Of a stretch of 52,195 nt of DNA, positions 11,828 to 22,030 are shown one piece after another. Made by a program: the position numbers and the translations under genes. The notes below the pieces were generated by a model, which ran no database searches, was not told the origin of the DNA, and saw only the letters and a list, made by a program, of their open reading frames with translations. Positions within the stretch are counted from its first letter, which is position 1; each line of letters opens with the position of its first letter. The DNA is from Macrostomum lignano (taxonomy: Eukaryota): contig NIVC01001766.1 in the NCBI GenBank assembly GCA_002269645.1, positions 1 through 52,195 on the forward strand. The letters run 5' to 3'.

Positions 11828-14800
11828 TTACATTTTAACAACTCCAAGCATTGTTCGCAGTTGCATGAACTTGTCCTTCGGTAACGGCTTAGTAAGCGCA
11901 TCTGCAACCATATCGCCAGTTGGACAGTAGACCACCCGAATAGTCCCATTGCTGACGGCTTCACGAATGAAGTGATGTCTGATATCAATGTGCTTTGTCC
12001 GTCGACTTCCAGCAGAATTCTCAGAAAGAGCAATGGTTCCTTGGTTGTCCTCGTAGATCACAGTGGGTCGCTCAGATCCTGATCTTTCAAGATCACTTAG
12101 TAGCCGCCGTAGCCACATGGCTTCTTGTGCTGCAGAGCTCAGCGCAACGTACTCAGCTTCCGTTGTCGAGAGTGAGACAGTTGATTGCTTCTTGCTAAGC
12201 CAGCTGATAGCGCCACCAGATAGCTTAAACACGATGCCAGAGGTGGAATGTCGATCATCTACGTCACTCGCCCAGTCTGCATCAGAATAGCCGATCAAGT
12301 TCTCTACACTAGAGTTGTACTCTAGGCCAAAGTCGATTGTTCCCTTTAGGTATCGGAAGATGCGTTTTACTGCGGTTAGATGTATCTCTCTTGGTTTGTT
12401 GTTGAACTTGGAGACAACTCCCACTGCATACGAGATGTCTGGACGTGTAGCAGTTGCTGCATAGAGCAAGCTTCCAACCATTGACTGGTAAACTGTAGAG
12501 TCAACTGGCTTGCTGCCCTCGTCGTATTTAGCTAGTTTTACGTTGGGATCCATCGGAGTTAAGGCTGGGTTCGCCTCTGCAAGTCCATAGCGTTCAAGCA
12601 GTTTGGTTATGTACTGCTTCTGATTAAGCTTGATACAGCGGTCCTCCTTGTTTGCTTGGATGTTGACACCTAGACAGTAGTGCAACTCGCCCATGTCTTT
12701 CATCTTGAACCTTTTGGAAAGTTCATCCTTGATTTGTTGCATTTCCACCAGACTCTTCGTAATTAGTATTAGGTCGTCAACGTACACAGCTAGGGCCGTG
12801 AGATCCTCCCTTTTCCTAATGAAGACACAACTGTCGGCTGAGCTTTCCTCGAAGTTAATTCTGGCTAGGTAGTCGCAAAAGGCTTTGTTCCAACAGCGGG
12901 GCGCTTGCTTAAGTCCATAAAGCGACTTCTTTAACTTGCAGACCAGCTCTTCCTCTCCTGGCTTGACGAAACCGGGTGGCTGCTCCATGTAAATTTCTTC
13001 GCACAATTCGCCGTTCAAAAAGGCAGTTACAACGTCCATCTGGTGAACGTGTAATCCATGTTTAGCCGCTAATGCCAACATTGCACGAACTGATGGGAAT
13101 TTTACAACTGGCGCGAAGGTCTCTTCATAATCAATGCCGAACTTCTGTGAATAGCCCTTGGCTACAAGTCTTCCCTTAAAACGATCTACCTTGCCATCAC
13201 CGTCATACTTGACCTTAAAGATCCATTTGCATCCGATTGCCTTGCGTCCTTCAGGTAGTCGTACGAGATCCCAGGTTTCATTCTCCATCAGGGAATTATA
13301 CTCTGAGTCAGCGGCAGCTTTCCATTGCTTCGCGTAGTCACCTTTCAGGGCTTCGTCGATCGTTTTCGGTTCGACAATTTCGGTCATTCTGAACGCAAAG
13401 TGTTCGGTTTCAGATGCCACTTTTGCACCTTCATATTTGAGACGGTCAGGGGCTCTCCTTTCACGTTGAGGATATCGCTTCTGATCAGTTTCTGTCGACT
13501 GTTCCTGTTCTTGACCTGGTGTCTCTTCTGTCATATTGGGCTCATCAAGTTCCAAGTTGAACCAGCTCGCGTCCTTGTCTCTTGCTCTATTCTTTGAGGT
13601 TCCAAAATCAGTCTCGTTGAACACCACATCGTAGCGGATGACTGTCTTTCTCAACCTTTCATCAAACAGTCTGTAGCTTCTTCCATCCGTATTGTAGCCA
13701 ACGAACCGTAGCTTTTCGGCCTTCTTGTCTAGCTTCTTTCGCTTCACATCTGGTATGTGGGCATAGGCTACGCAGCCGAAAACACGAAAGTGCCCAGCGT
13801 TAGGTTTGCGCCCATACCAACGCTGGTACGGCGTCATTTGCGGAGTAAGAGCAGTCGTCACGACTCTATTTCGCACATAAGCTGCGGTGTTTACTGCTTC
13901 TGCCCAGAACTGGTTGCTTACTCCAGCATGGGCCATCATTGTGCGGGCTGATTCAACGAGAGTGCGATTCATCCGTTCAGCAACGCCATTTTGCTGAGGT
14001 GTATGAGCCACGGTAGTCTCATGCCGAATGCCCTTCTGCTCCAGGAATTTTGTAAATTGGCTTGATGCATACTCTCCGCCGCCGTCAGTTCGCAGTGCTT
14101 TGATATTGAGTCCTGTTTCTGTTGTAACCATGGCCTCAAACTTCTTAAACTTATCAAGCACTTCTGACCTTTGTCGCATGAAGAAAACCTTAACGCAGCG
14201 TGAGTAGTCATCAATAAAGGTGACGAAGTACTTGTTTCCACCAAATGACTCTGTTTGCATAGGACCGCATATGTCGCTGTGAATTAGTTGTAGCCTTTCG
14301 GTAGAGCGGATTTCGGAAATCGACCTATGAGGCTTGCAGTGCATTTTGCCCTCGATACATCCTTCACAGAAGTCTACACATGCAGTCTGCAACTTGGGGA
14401 TGCCACTCACGAGTTGGTCTTTGCTCATTTGATTTAGCTGGTGTTCGTTGACATGACCAAGGCGCTGGTGCCATAAAGTTGCACTTGTGTCTGGTGAATC
14501 AGCATTTGCTACTGCCGCAGTGTTCGCCGGCAATTTTACTTCACAGTCAAGCTGGTACATTCTGTTAACAACAGATCCCTTTCCAACAAGGAGTCCATCC
14601 TTGTTGCGAATCCAGCATTTAGAGTGACCGAACTGTATCACTTTATCCTTTGCTGCTGCTGCTCGAACACTAAACAGATTGCACGACAGCTGAGGCACTA
14701 GAAGTACATCTGTTACAGCTGTCTTGAAACGCTTGTCATGTGGCAGGAGCATAATGAGTTTTACCTGACCACTGCCGCAGGCCTCGACTGTTCGACCATC

Positions 14801-15787
14801 ACCTAGGCTGACCCGTTCAGGTCGTCCAAACTGCTTATAGTTGACTAGTAGCTCTCTAGAGTATGTCATGTGGCAGGACGCTCCAGAGTCAATTATCCAG
14901 GTGGATATGTCAGAGCTGGTCTTCGCGGGCGACACAAAGAATGTCTCGTTGCAGCTACTTTTAGGTCCGTAGTCATCAAGCGAGGTTTCAGCGATGTCCC
15001 GGGTCGCGGCACCATCGGCTGTTTTGGCGACATACCGTGCAGGTCCTTGGTCCTTGACGAACTTTTTCGCTCCTCCTGAACGACAGTCTCGGGCAAAGTG
15101 ACCCATCTTTCCGCAATTAAAACATTTGATAGCACGACGTGGCAGACCTTGGCCTTTTTGGGTCTTCAGTGCAGACTCTCCACCCTGTGTACCACCAGAC
15201 CCTCGCTCACTTAATTCACTCCGCTTTTGCTCCTCGTTGATGAGTGCTTGGTGAACCATCTGCAGTGTAAGATCATCACCGCGAGCTTCCAAGGCAGTAA
15301 CCAAGGTAGAGTAGCTCTCAGGCAGGCTGCTGAGCAGCATGACCACTTGGTCCTCTTCACTGACGGGTGCGTTGATAGAGGCTAGTTTGTCGGTCAGCTC
15401 CTTCATATGGCGTATATGATCCTGTACGCGGGTCCCTTCACTCATCTGCAGCCGGAAAAGCTGTTTCTTCAAATAGATCTTATTCGCAGTTGATTCTCGT
15501 TCGAAGTGCTGTTGGAGAGCTTGCCACATACGATGTGGATCTTCGCCACACGAAGTTATTAGATAGATTAACTCTTTCTTGATTGAAAGAACGATCACTG
15601 CAGCAGCTCTCTGTTGCTGCTCTCGAAAATCGTTTTCTTGCTCCTGAGTGGCATCCTCTGCGAGAATTACAGAACCGTCGACGACTCCCCAGAGCTTCCT
15701 CGCTATAAGACAGAACTTGATCTGGATCTTCCAGGTAGTCCAGTTTCCGCTTCCCAGCTTGTCGACTTGAAACTTATCATCCGCCAT
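11828..15787 (-). CDS. copia Gag-Pol polyprotein, 1319 aa (Gag zinc knuckle, protease, integrase, RT, RNase H)
   Basis: CFNCGKMGHFARDC knuckle, WIIDSGASCHM protease, HQRLGH..CEGC plus DDE integrase placed before RT (QMDVVTAFLNG, YVDDL), RNase H (YSDADW, DNQG, ADALTK): copia domain order. Confidence 0.98.
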   Translation of the reverse strand: MADDKFQVDKLGSGNWTTWKIQIKFCLIARKLWGVVDGSVILAEDATQEQENDFREQQQRAAAVIVLSIKKELIYLITSCGEDPHRMWQALQQHFERESTANKIYLKKQLFRLQMSEGTRVQDHIRHMKELTDKLASINAPVSEEDQVVMLLSSLPESYSTLVTALEARGDDLTLQMVHQALINEEQKRSELSERGSGGTQGGESALKTQKGQGLPRRAIKCFNCGKMGHFARDCRSGGAKKFVKDQGPARYVAKTADGAATRDIAETSLDDYGPKSSCNETFFVSPAKTSSDISTWIIDSGASCHMTYSRELLVNYKQFGRPERVSLGDGRTVEACGSGQVKLIMLLPHDKRFKTAVTDVLLVPQLSCNLFSVRAAAAKDKVIQFGHSKCWIRNKDGLLVGKGSVVNRMYQLDCEVKLPANTAAVANADSPDTSATLWHQRLGHVNEHQLNQMSKDQLVSGIPKLQTACVDFCEGCIEGKMHCKPHRSISEIRSTERLQLIHSDICGPMQTESFGGNKYFVTFIDDYSRCVKVFFMRQRSEVLDKFKKFEAMVTTETGLNIKALRTDGGGEYASSQFTKFLEQKGIRHETTVAHTPQQNGVAERMNRTLVESARTMMAHAGVSNQFWAEAVNTAAYVRNRVVTTALTPQMTPYQRWYGRKPNAGHFRVFGCVAYAHIPDVKRKKLDKKAEKLRFVGYNTDGRSYRLFDERLRKTVIRYDVVFNETDFGTSKNRARDKDASWFNLELDEPNMTEETPGQEQEQSTETDQKRYPQRERRAPDRLKYEGAKVASETEHFAFRMTEIVEPKTIDEALKGDYAKQWKAAADSEYNSLMENETWDLVRLPEGRKAIGCKWIFKVKYDGDGKVDRFKGRLVAKGYSQKFGIDYEETFAPVVKFPSVRAMLALAAKHGLHVHQMDVVTAFLNGELCEEIYMEQPPGFVKPGEEELVCKLKKSLYGLKQAPRCWNKAFCDYLARINFEESSADSCVFIRKREDLTALAVYVDDLILITKSLVEMQQIKDELSKRFKMKDMGELHYCLGVNIQANKEDRCIKLNQKQYITKLLERYGLAEANPALTPMDPNVKLAKYDEGSKPVDSTVYQSMVGSLLYAATATRPDISYAVGVVSKFNNKPREIHLTAVKRIFRYLKGTIDFGLEYNSSVENLIGYSDADWASDVDDRHSTSGIVFKLSGGAISWLSKKQSTVSLSTTEAEYVALSSAAQEAMWLRRLLSDLERSGSERPTVIYEDNQGTIALSENSAGSRRTKHIDIRHHFIREAVSNGTIRVVYCPTGDMVADALTKPLPKDKFMQLRTMLGVVKM

Positions 15788-15876
15788 TTCTTCGGAAAGT
15801 TCGTGTCGAGAACAAGCCTATTTTCCGTCTGAGCGAGGCTTCTGGATCAGCACCACTTATGCGCAGTGGAAGCGTG

Positions 15877-15890
15877 CTGGGCCCATAACC
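15877..15890 (-). other. Primer-binding site GGTTATGGGCCCAG (half-tRNA-iMet type)
   Basis: Directly abuts the 5' LTR; same sequence as the classical Drosophila copia PBS. Confidence 0.9.
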
Positions 15891-16112
15891 TGTTGGCTTT
15901 TCAAACGCAGTAGTGTAGCTGATCGAGTATATTTCTTAGTCAACGAGCAAAAGGGGAAAGTTAAGAGAGGATGAAGCCAGAGGCTGATTTAATAGCTTTA
16001 GTTTTAGGCATAGACAAACTTATACAGTATCGTTCTAGAAAGTTCTAAGACTTGGGGAATCTAACGAGTTACTATAATTAGCATAGATACAATTTACATT
16101 ACTTTTTCAACA
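15891..16112 (-). repeat. copia 5' LTR
   Basis: 222 bp, TG...CA, followed on the minus strand by the PBS. Confidence 0.97.
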
Positions 16113-16117
16113 CTATG

Positions 16118-16244
16118 CTCCCTCAGTATCCTTGAATCTGCCTCTCCGCTCCCTCAGTATCCTTGAGTCTGCCTCTCCGCTCCATCAGTATCCTTGAGTC
16201 TGCCTCTCCGCTCCCTCAGTATCCTTGAGTCTGCCTCTCCGCTC
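16118..16244. repeat. 31-bp minisatellite, right part
   Basis: About 4 units of the same motif as 11097-11508, directly after the stop codon of the ion-channel gene. Confidence 0.93.
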
Positions 16245-16248
16245 GAGC

Positions 16249-17598
16249 TCAACCCCAACGAAAAGCACTCTCCGGTATGATGACGCACCAGTAGACAACG
16301 TTGAACAGCGCAAACGCTGTCGGATAGGAGAAAAGAAAGATCAAATCCAGCTTTGCTGGTGTCAGGCGCCAAGTGTTTTTGCACATCATTCGTCTTCGCA
16401 CCCTCATGAGCACAGGTATCGCAGCCGCCGATCCGTTGTCTTCCACGCCTGCTGCTGCTGCTGCGGAAGTTGTCGGCCCAAGGAACTTGGTCTCAGCTTC
16501 TTTGTCTGATCTTCTCTGATCTGTACGCTCATCGACAACAGCCCGCGGTGGTCGACGCTCTTGCCGACGCTTCAACAAATTGATAACCATGTACTCCAAT
16601 AAGGACAGATGAATGAAAGCAATGCAACAAATGTGCCAGATGCCAAGAGCAGTTATGTAGGAGACTGGCGGCAGTTTCCTCTCCATGGCAACGGTCTCGG
16701 TGAGCAGAGCCAGCAGGCTGAGTATCGACAGCGACACTCGGGCTGGCGCGGCGTTGTAATCAATTGCAAATGACGACCAGGTGATCAGAACGATAAATAT
16801 AGACGGCAGGTAATCGTTGATTAGATAAGACGACTGACGACGCTTCAAAGTGAAATCGGCGTGCAAGTAGCTGAAATTCCGGCCCGTGAGCAGGGAGAAG
16901 CTGGTGCCGGTGCTGTAGTTGCACAGCGGCGGATAGTACTGGTTGAGAAACGTGGCGATCTGGCTGAACATCACTTTGTCGACCGCGATGCCCGATGCGG
17001 TGTCCTCGCTAGCCCAGTGCAGCAGTAAATCGTCGTTGCTCATACCGAAGCTAGTCATCTTCATGGGGCACGTTTGCACGTCGAATGGAAAATCTTTTAG
17101 ATCCATTGGACAGTGCAGACGCAGCTGCAGCTTCTGGCTGAACAGCAGAGTGCCGTTCGGCTACAGCCACAGAAGGAAGTTGCTCGACGGCAAGTCGTGC
17201 CGCTGAATGCTTTTAGCGTTCTGAAAGAACACGTCGGGCCGCCAGACTCTTTCCAAGAGCTGACTCAGCACTATTCGATCGTTGTGACCTTGGAAGGCCA
17301 GCCGACTGTCAATCCATCGCAGGTGCAGAACGATCTCGGCCGAGAAGTCCATCCTCATCACGTTGATTGGCCCGAAGCTGTCGATATGGTAGCAGGCGTA
17401 GACGTCCGTAGCTCCGCCGTCGGATGGTACCGGACGAAAGTGTCGATCGTAGCGCTCGGGTTCGACCAAATCGTGCGTGAAAGATGTCATGCTTTGATTG
17501 GATTGTTTCACTAGTGAATGAGTCCGCTCACTGCCGACCGTTATTCCTAGCAAGAGGGTTGCCAAAGCAACCATGTTCCCGAAGGTGTTTTGGCGCAT
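16249..17598 (-). CDS. Intronless Cys-loop ligand-gated anion channel subunit (GABA-A/glycine/GluCl superfamily) with one in-frame TAG at 17161-17163
   Basis: ORFs 17161-17622 and 16249-17106 are in the same frame: ...[37 protein letters not shown]. Signal peptide, YDRHFRP, VWRPDVFF, Cys loop, four TM helices and the anion-selective PAR motif before M2 are present. The start ATG could be 17598 or 17574. Confidence 0.92.
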
Positions 17599-18474
17599 GT
17601 TGTTGATAACAAATTTCCTCAATTATTTAATTCGTTTAGGTAAACTTTGCTTCTCTAATAGCTCTTATAGTTTTGGGGCGTTATATGTCTTTCGAATGAT
17701 AAAATTGGCTTTTATATGCATATAGCAGCTAGGCCACATTCAGGACTAGCATTAGTTCGCTATAGTTTAAAGCGATTGGAAGAGTCGCGAGAGAGGGGAG
17801 GAGAGACATACTGAGAGCTATGGTTGAACGAGAAAAATTGTGCATGGTGCCAATTGTGTGAGCTGTGTTGAGCACTATATGGGAAGCCAGTTATGGTGCT
17901 GCTTCCCTTTAGCAGCATAAAATACAACTTTGTGGAAAATTTTTTTGCATATATTGAAGTGCAGCTCTTAGCAGTGCAGCTCTCTTATAAAGCTAAACGC
18001 TTCTCTGTGTGTGGCGTATTCATTTTTTCAAATTTATACTATTGTATTACGAGTATTATATACGGCTTACTCATTCTGGGACACTGCCTTGGTGTAATGC
18101 ACTGTATAGACCACCTAGCATTTGCCCAAAATAAAGCACCATATAGGGGTAGTATAATTACCATAGCCAAGTTTAAACTAACGCTGTCAATTATTATCAT
18201 ATTACGTAGTAATATATCTATAAGCATTTTGCTATATACTGGTGTTAAAGCTGTTACAGTTTTAAATGAATTGATTTTATTGATTCACTTTATTAGATTG
18301 GCACTCAGCTGTGAATGCATAACTGTATGGAATAAGGCAGGATCATGCTTCCTGACCAAGAAATAAACTTGAGTTTGATGTTTAAAAAATCGAGTTTCTC
18401 GTAAAAGCAAAATCTTTATTCTTTTGTAAGCAAACTGAAGGTAGAAAGCAGGGGACAAAATCTTAAATTTAAAG

Positions 18475-19280
18475 AGTCAGTCAGTCAGTCAGTCAGTCAG
18501 TCAGTCAGTCAGTCAGTCAGTCAGTCAGTCAGTCAGTCAGTCAGTCAGTCAGTCAGTCAGTCAGTCAGTCAGTCAGTCAGTCAGTCAGTCAGTCAGTCAG
18601 TCAGTCAGTCAGTCAGTCAGTCAGTCAGTCAGTCAGTCAGTCAGTCAGTCAGTCAGTCAGTCAGTCAGTCAGTCAGTCAGTCAGTCAGTCAGTCAGTCAG
18701 TCAGTCAGTCAGTCAGTCAGTCAGTCAGTCAGTCAGTCAGTCAGTCAGTCAGTCAGTCAGTCAGTCAGTCAGTCAGTCAGTCAGTCAGTCAGTCAGTCAG
18801 TCAGTCAGTCAGTCAGTCAGTCAGTCAGTCAGTCAGTCAGTCAGTCAGTCAGTCAGTCAGTCAGTCAGTCAGTCAGTCAGTCAGTCAGTCAGTCAGTCAG
18901 TCAGTCAGTCAGTCAGTCAGTCAGTCAGTCAGTCAGTCAGTCAGTCAGTCAGTCAGTCAGTCAGTCAGTCAGTCAGTCAGTCAGTCAGTCAGTCAGTCAG
19001 TCAGTCAGTCAGTCAGTCAGTCAGTCAGTCAGTCAGTCAGTCAGTCAGTCAGTCAGTCAGTCAGTCAGTCAGTCAGTCAGTCAGTCAGTCAGTCAGTCAG
19101 TCAGTCAGTCAGTCAGTCAGTCAGTCAGTCAGTCAGTCAGTCAGTCAGTCAGTCAGTCAGTCAGTCAGTCAGTCAGTCAGTCAGTCAGTCAGTCAGTCAG
19201 TCAGTCAGTCAGTCAGTCAGTCAGTCAGTCAGTCAGTCAGTCAGTCAGTCAGTCAGTCAGTCAGTCAGTCAGTCAGTCAG
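18475..19280. repeat. (AGTC)n microsatellite, about 200 perfect copies
   Basis: Uninterrupted tetranucleotide array of about 800 bp. Confidence 0.99.
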
Positions 19281-19299
19281 TTTGTCGGCAATTTGATTT

Positions 19300-21570
19300 T
19301 CACGCCTCGTGAGGGAATTGAGTACGTCGCTCATCTCCGGCAAGAGCATCGGCCAGGTGCCAACGGAGCCGCCGCAGCGCGCGGCGCAACCAAGCTGGCG
19401 ACTCACAGGGGACGACGGAGTCAGGAGGCTTCCAAAGCGGCGCCGGCAGCCCTTAAATGCGCGGCGCAAAGAGCTCCGCGCCAATGCTCGTCGGACTCAC
19501 CAGGACTCGCGGCCTGCCAAGCCGGAGCCTCAACGGCCAGTGCTTTCACCCAACTCGGCCCCCGCAATGCACGCACTATAGCAGAGCCAAGAAGGAGACA
19601 AGTCGGCCGCATCTTCAAAACCAGATTCGGGTCGCCACCTTCAATGCCCGCATTCACAGTCAGACATGGAGACTGCAGGAGCTGACAAGCCTGGCGGCCG
19701 GCCTCAACATCTTTATCCTGGCAGTTCAAGAACATCGGCGGCAGAACTCTGATGAGACTGTGGATCTAGGCCTAAGCTGGCAATTCAAGGCTGCCTCAGC
19801 CACCTCACCCGCTCTGGGCCGACCTGAGAAACCCGGACACGCGGCAGGCCTTACTACGCAGCTGCTCCTGCTCCAGCCAGGTCCTTCGAGTCTTTCCATC
19901 ACGCCGTCGAGGATGCTGCAGCACGTCTCCCCACAGAGACAGGCAAACCATCCAAAGGCCCTGTGGGACCTCATTATCTCTCAGGCAAGGCGGCATGTGC
20001 AGAGCACTGCTGCACTCCACAGCCATGACAGCGACCAAGCCAGTGCTGCCAGGGACGAGCAATTGCCGCGCATTTACGCCCAGCGGACTGAATGAAGTCT
20101 TCATCGAAGAGGCTGTGAGTAAAATCTAACTCGCCACTGACAACTGCCGCCATAGTGCTGCCTGGAGAGCCATCAACCAGCTGACTGGTAGGAAGCCCAG
20201 GCCAACACCATCGTCGGCGCTGATTTCACCGCAAGGCCCTGCTGGCCACCCACTACCGCGAGGTGCTCAACGCGTTTGCTTCAACTGCACCTCTTCTGCG
20301 AATCCCCTCAAGCATCAGCAACAAGGCTGCCTCAGCTCCTCAGCAATGGCGCACCTTCAAGATTGTATCCGTCCGGAAGAAAGGCGCCTCCACCCCAGAC
20401 AATCCCTGCCTGGCCTCAATCCGCTGCTGCTGAGCCTCCAAAGCGGCTTCCGCCCGGGCAGGTCCACTACCGAGCAGGTTGCCACCATCCGCTCTGTCAT
20501 CGAGGCCTGCAAGACCCGCCAGCGCTTCGTGTCAATCATCTTCGTCGACTTTCGCAAGGCGTTTGACTCGGTGTCCAGGCCTGCGATCGCGTGGCTTCTA
20601 TCTCATTGTGGCGTACCTGCTGCTCTGGTGAGCGCGGTGATGGACATCTACCGCGACTCCAGGGTTTTTGTCAGTCGAGCGACGGCCCCACAGAAGAGTC
20701 CGGCACCAGCTCAGGCGTCCTTCAGGGCGACATGCTCTTCCTCGTGGTTGTGGACTACGTGCTTCGTCGGTCCCTCCACGAGGATGACAGCCACTTGCTG
20801 GTCTCACGCCGATGCTCCAGACACCCTGCTGTTTCGCTCCCCGCTCTCGCGTATGCTCAAGACATTGCGCTGCCCTGCCGCGATCCAGCTGCTGCCCAGC
20901 GTGCTCTCACAAGGCTTTACGATGAGGGCGCCCGTGTTGGGCTGCTGGTGAATGCTCGCAAGACGGAGGCGTGGGCACGAATACCGCCCCAGCTCTCACG
21001 CTGTCCAATGGAGACCGCATCCCGGTGTGCGAGGACATCCACTACCTTGGCGCCCTGGGGATGAACCCTGATGCCATTGTCTCCAACAGGAGAAATCAGG
21101 CCTGGTGCTCCACGCACCTCTAGAGGAACATATTCAATTCAGCTGCCAAAGAGAGGTGCGCCTGTTCCGCGCGGCCGTAGAGCCGATCCTCCTGTACGGC
21201 ATGGAGGCTGTGCCGCTGAACGAGATGCGAGAGCGAGCCCTGGATGCGCTCTACCGATCACTGCTGCGCTACGCGCTTGGGCGTGCACTACCCGGAGCGC
21301 CTGCCGACCAACGCTCTGGATGGCCCGCGATGGATCGAGCTCCGCCCCTGAGCGCTACACTGCGCCAGCGCCGTCAGATGCTGCTGGGCCACTGCCTACG
21401 GACCCTGGGCCGCGGTGCGCCCGTCCCTCTGGCCCTGGCCATGCTGCACCGGCTGACCGAGCAACTACGCCGGGGCCCGGCCCGCACTGCCACTCTGACT
21501 GCCTCAACGCTGGCTAGCTGGCGCCCCCTCCCCTCCCACCTGTTCTTCGAGTGCAAGGGGCCTCCCCTCA
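19300..21570 (+). mobile_element. Decayed non-LTR retrotransposon (APE endonuclease plus RT, RTE-like), second family
   Basis: APE motifs IRVATFNAR...ILAVQEHR; RT motifs LQSGFRPGRSTTEQV, IFVDFRKAFDSVSR, SGVLQGD, LAYAQDIAL, GLLVNARKTE; many frameshifts. Ends approximate. Confidence 0.88.
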
Positions 21571-21858
21571 TGTATTATTTCATAGTCAGTCAGATAGCCA
21601 AGGAGAATACATGTGCTTGCACAGTTCGCCTACTTAAATTTAGCGTTCCCAATTTTGCTGACGATATCGAATTCGCTTGCTAAACTTTCTTATAAATTAT
21701 TCTATAGATTTAACACCAAAAAGCACTGCAAACATTCCTCTTGATTGCAATTAATTGTATACATACTTACATATATACTTCTAGATCTAGTAGTATTTTA
21801 GATCAATTATAATTTCTTTTAGCCTATCATCTTCACTAACTTTAGATTATTCCTTATA

Positions 21859-22030
21859 CGCCGTCGGCGACTCCAGCTGGCAGGCCAAATCATCCGCGCC
21901 GAGTCGTACTGCCCACAGCCGGTGCAGGAGGTGCTGCTGCTAACGCTGCAGACACCCTACCGGCGGGGGCAGGCGCGCACTTGGCGTTTCGTCGATTGCC
22001 TGCTGGCTGACGCCCCGGATTCGTTGTTGT
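21859..22030 (+). mobile_element. 3' fragment of the same RTE family as 3330-4965
   Basis: GGAGGTGCTGCTGCTAACGCTGCAGACACCCTACCGGCGGGGGCAGGCG nearly matches about 4914-4962. Confidence 0.8.

Larger units (their letters stand above)
11509..16112 (-). mobile_element. Full-length, intact Ty1/copia LTR retrotransposon
   Basis: 222-bp TG...CA LTRs at 11509-11730 and 15891-16112, identical by eye; 5-bp TSD CTATG (11504-11508, 16113-16117); PBS, PPT and one uninterrupted gag-pol ORF. Confidence 0.98.

Noticed and set aside
17893-18366. 157-aa ORF
   Set aside because: No recognisable domain or splice signals; AT-rich, hydrophobic composition typical of chance ORFs.
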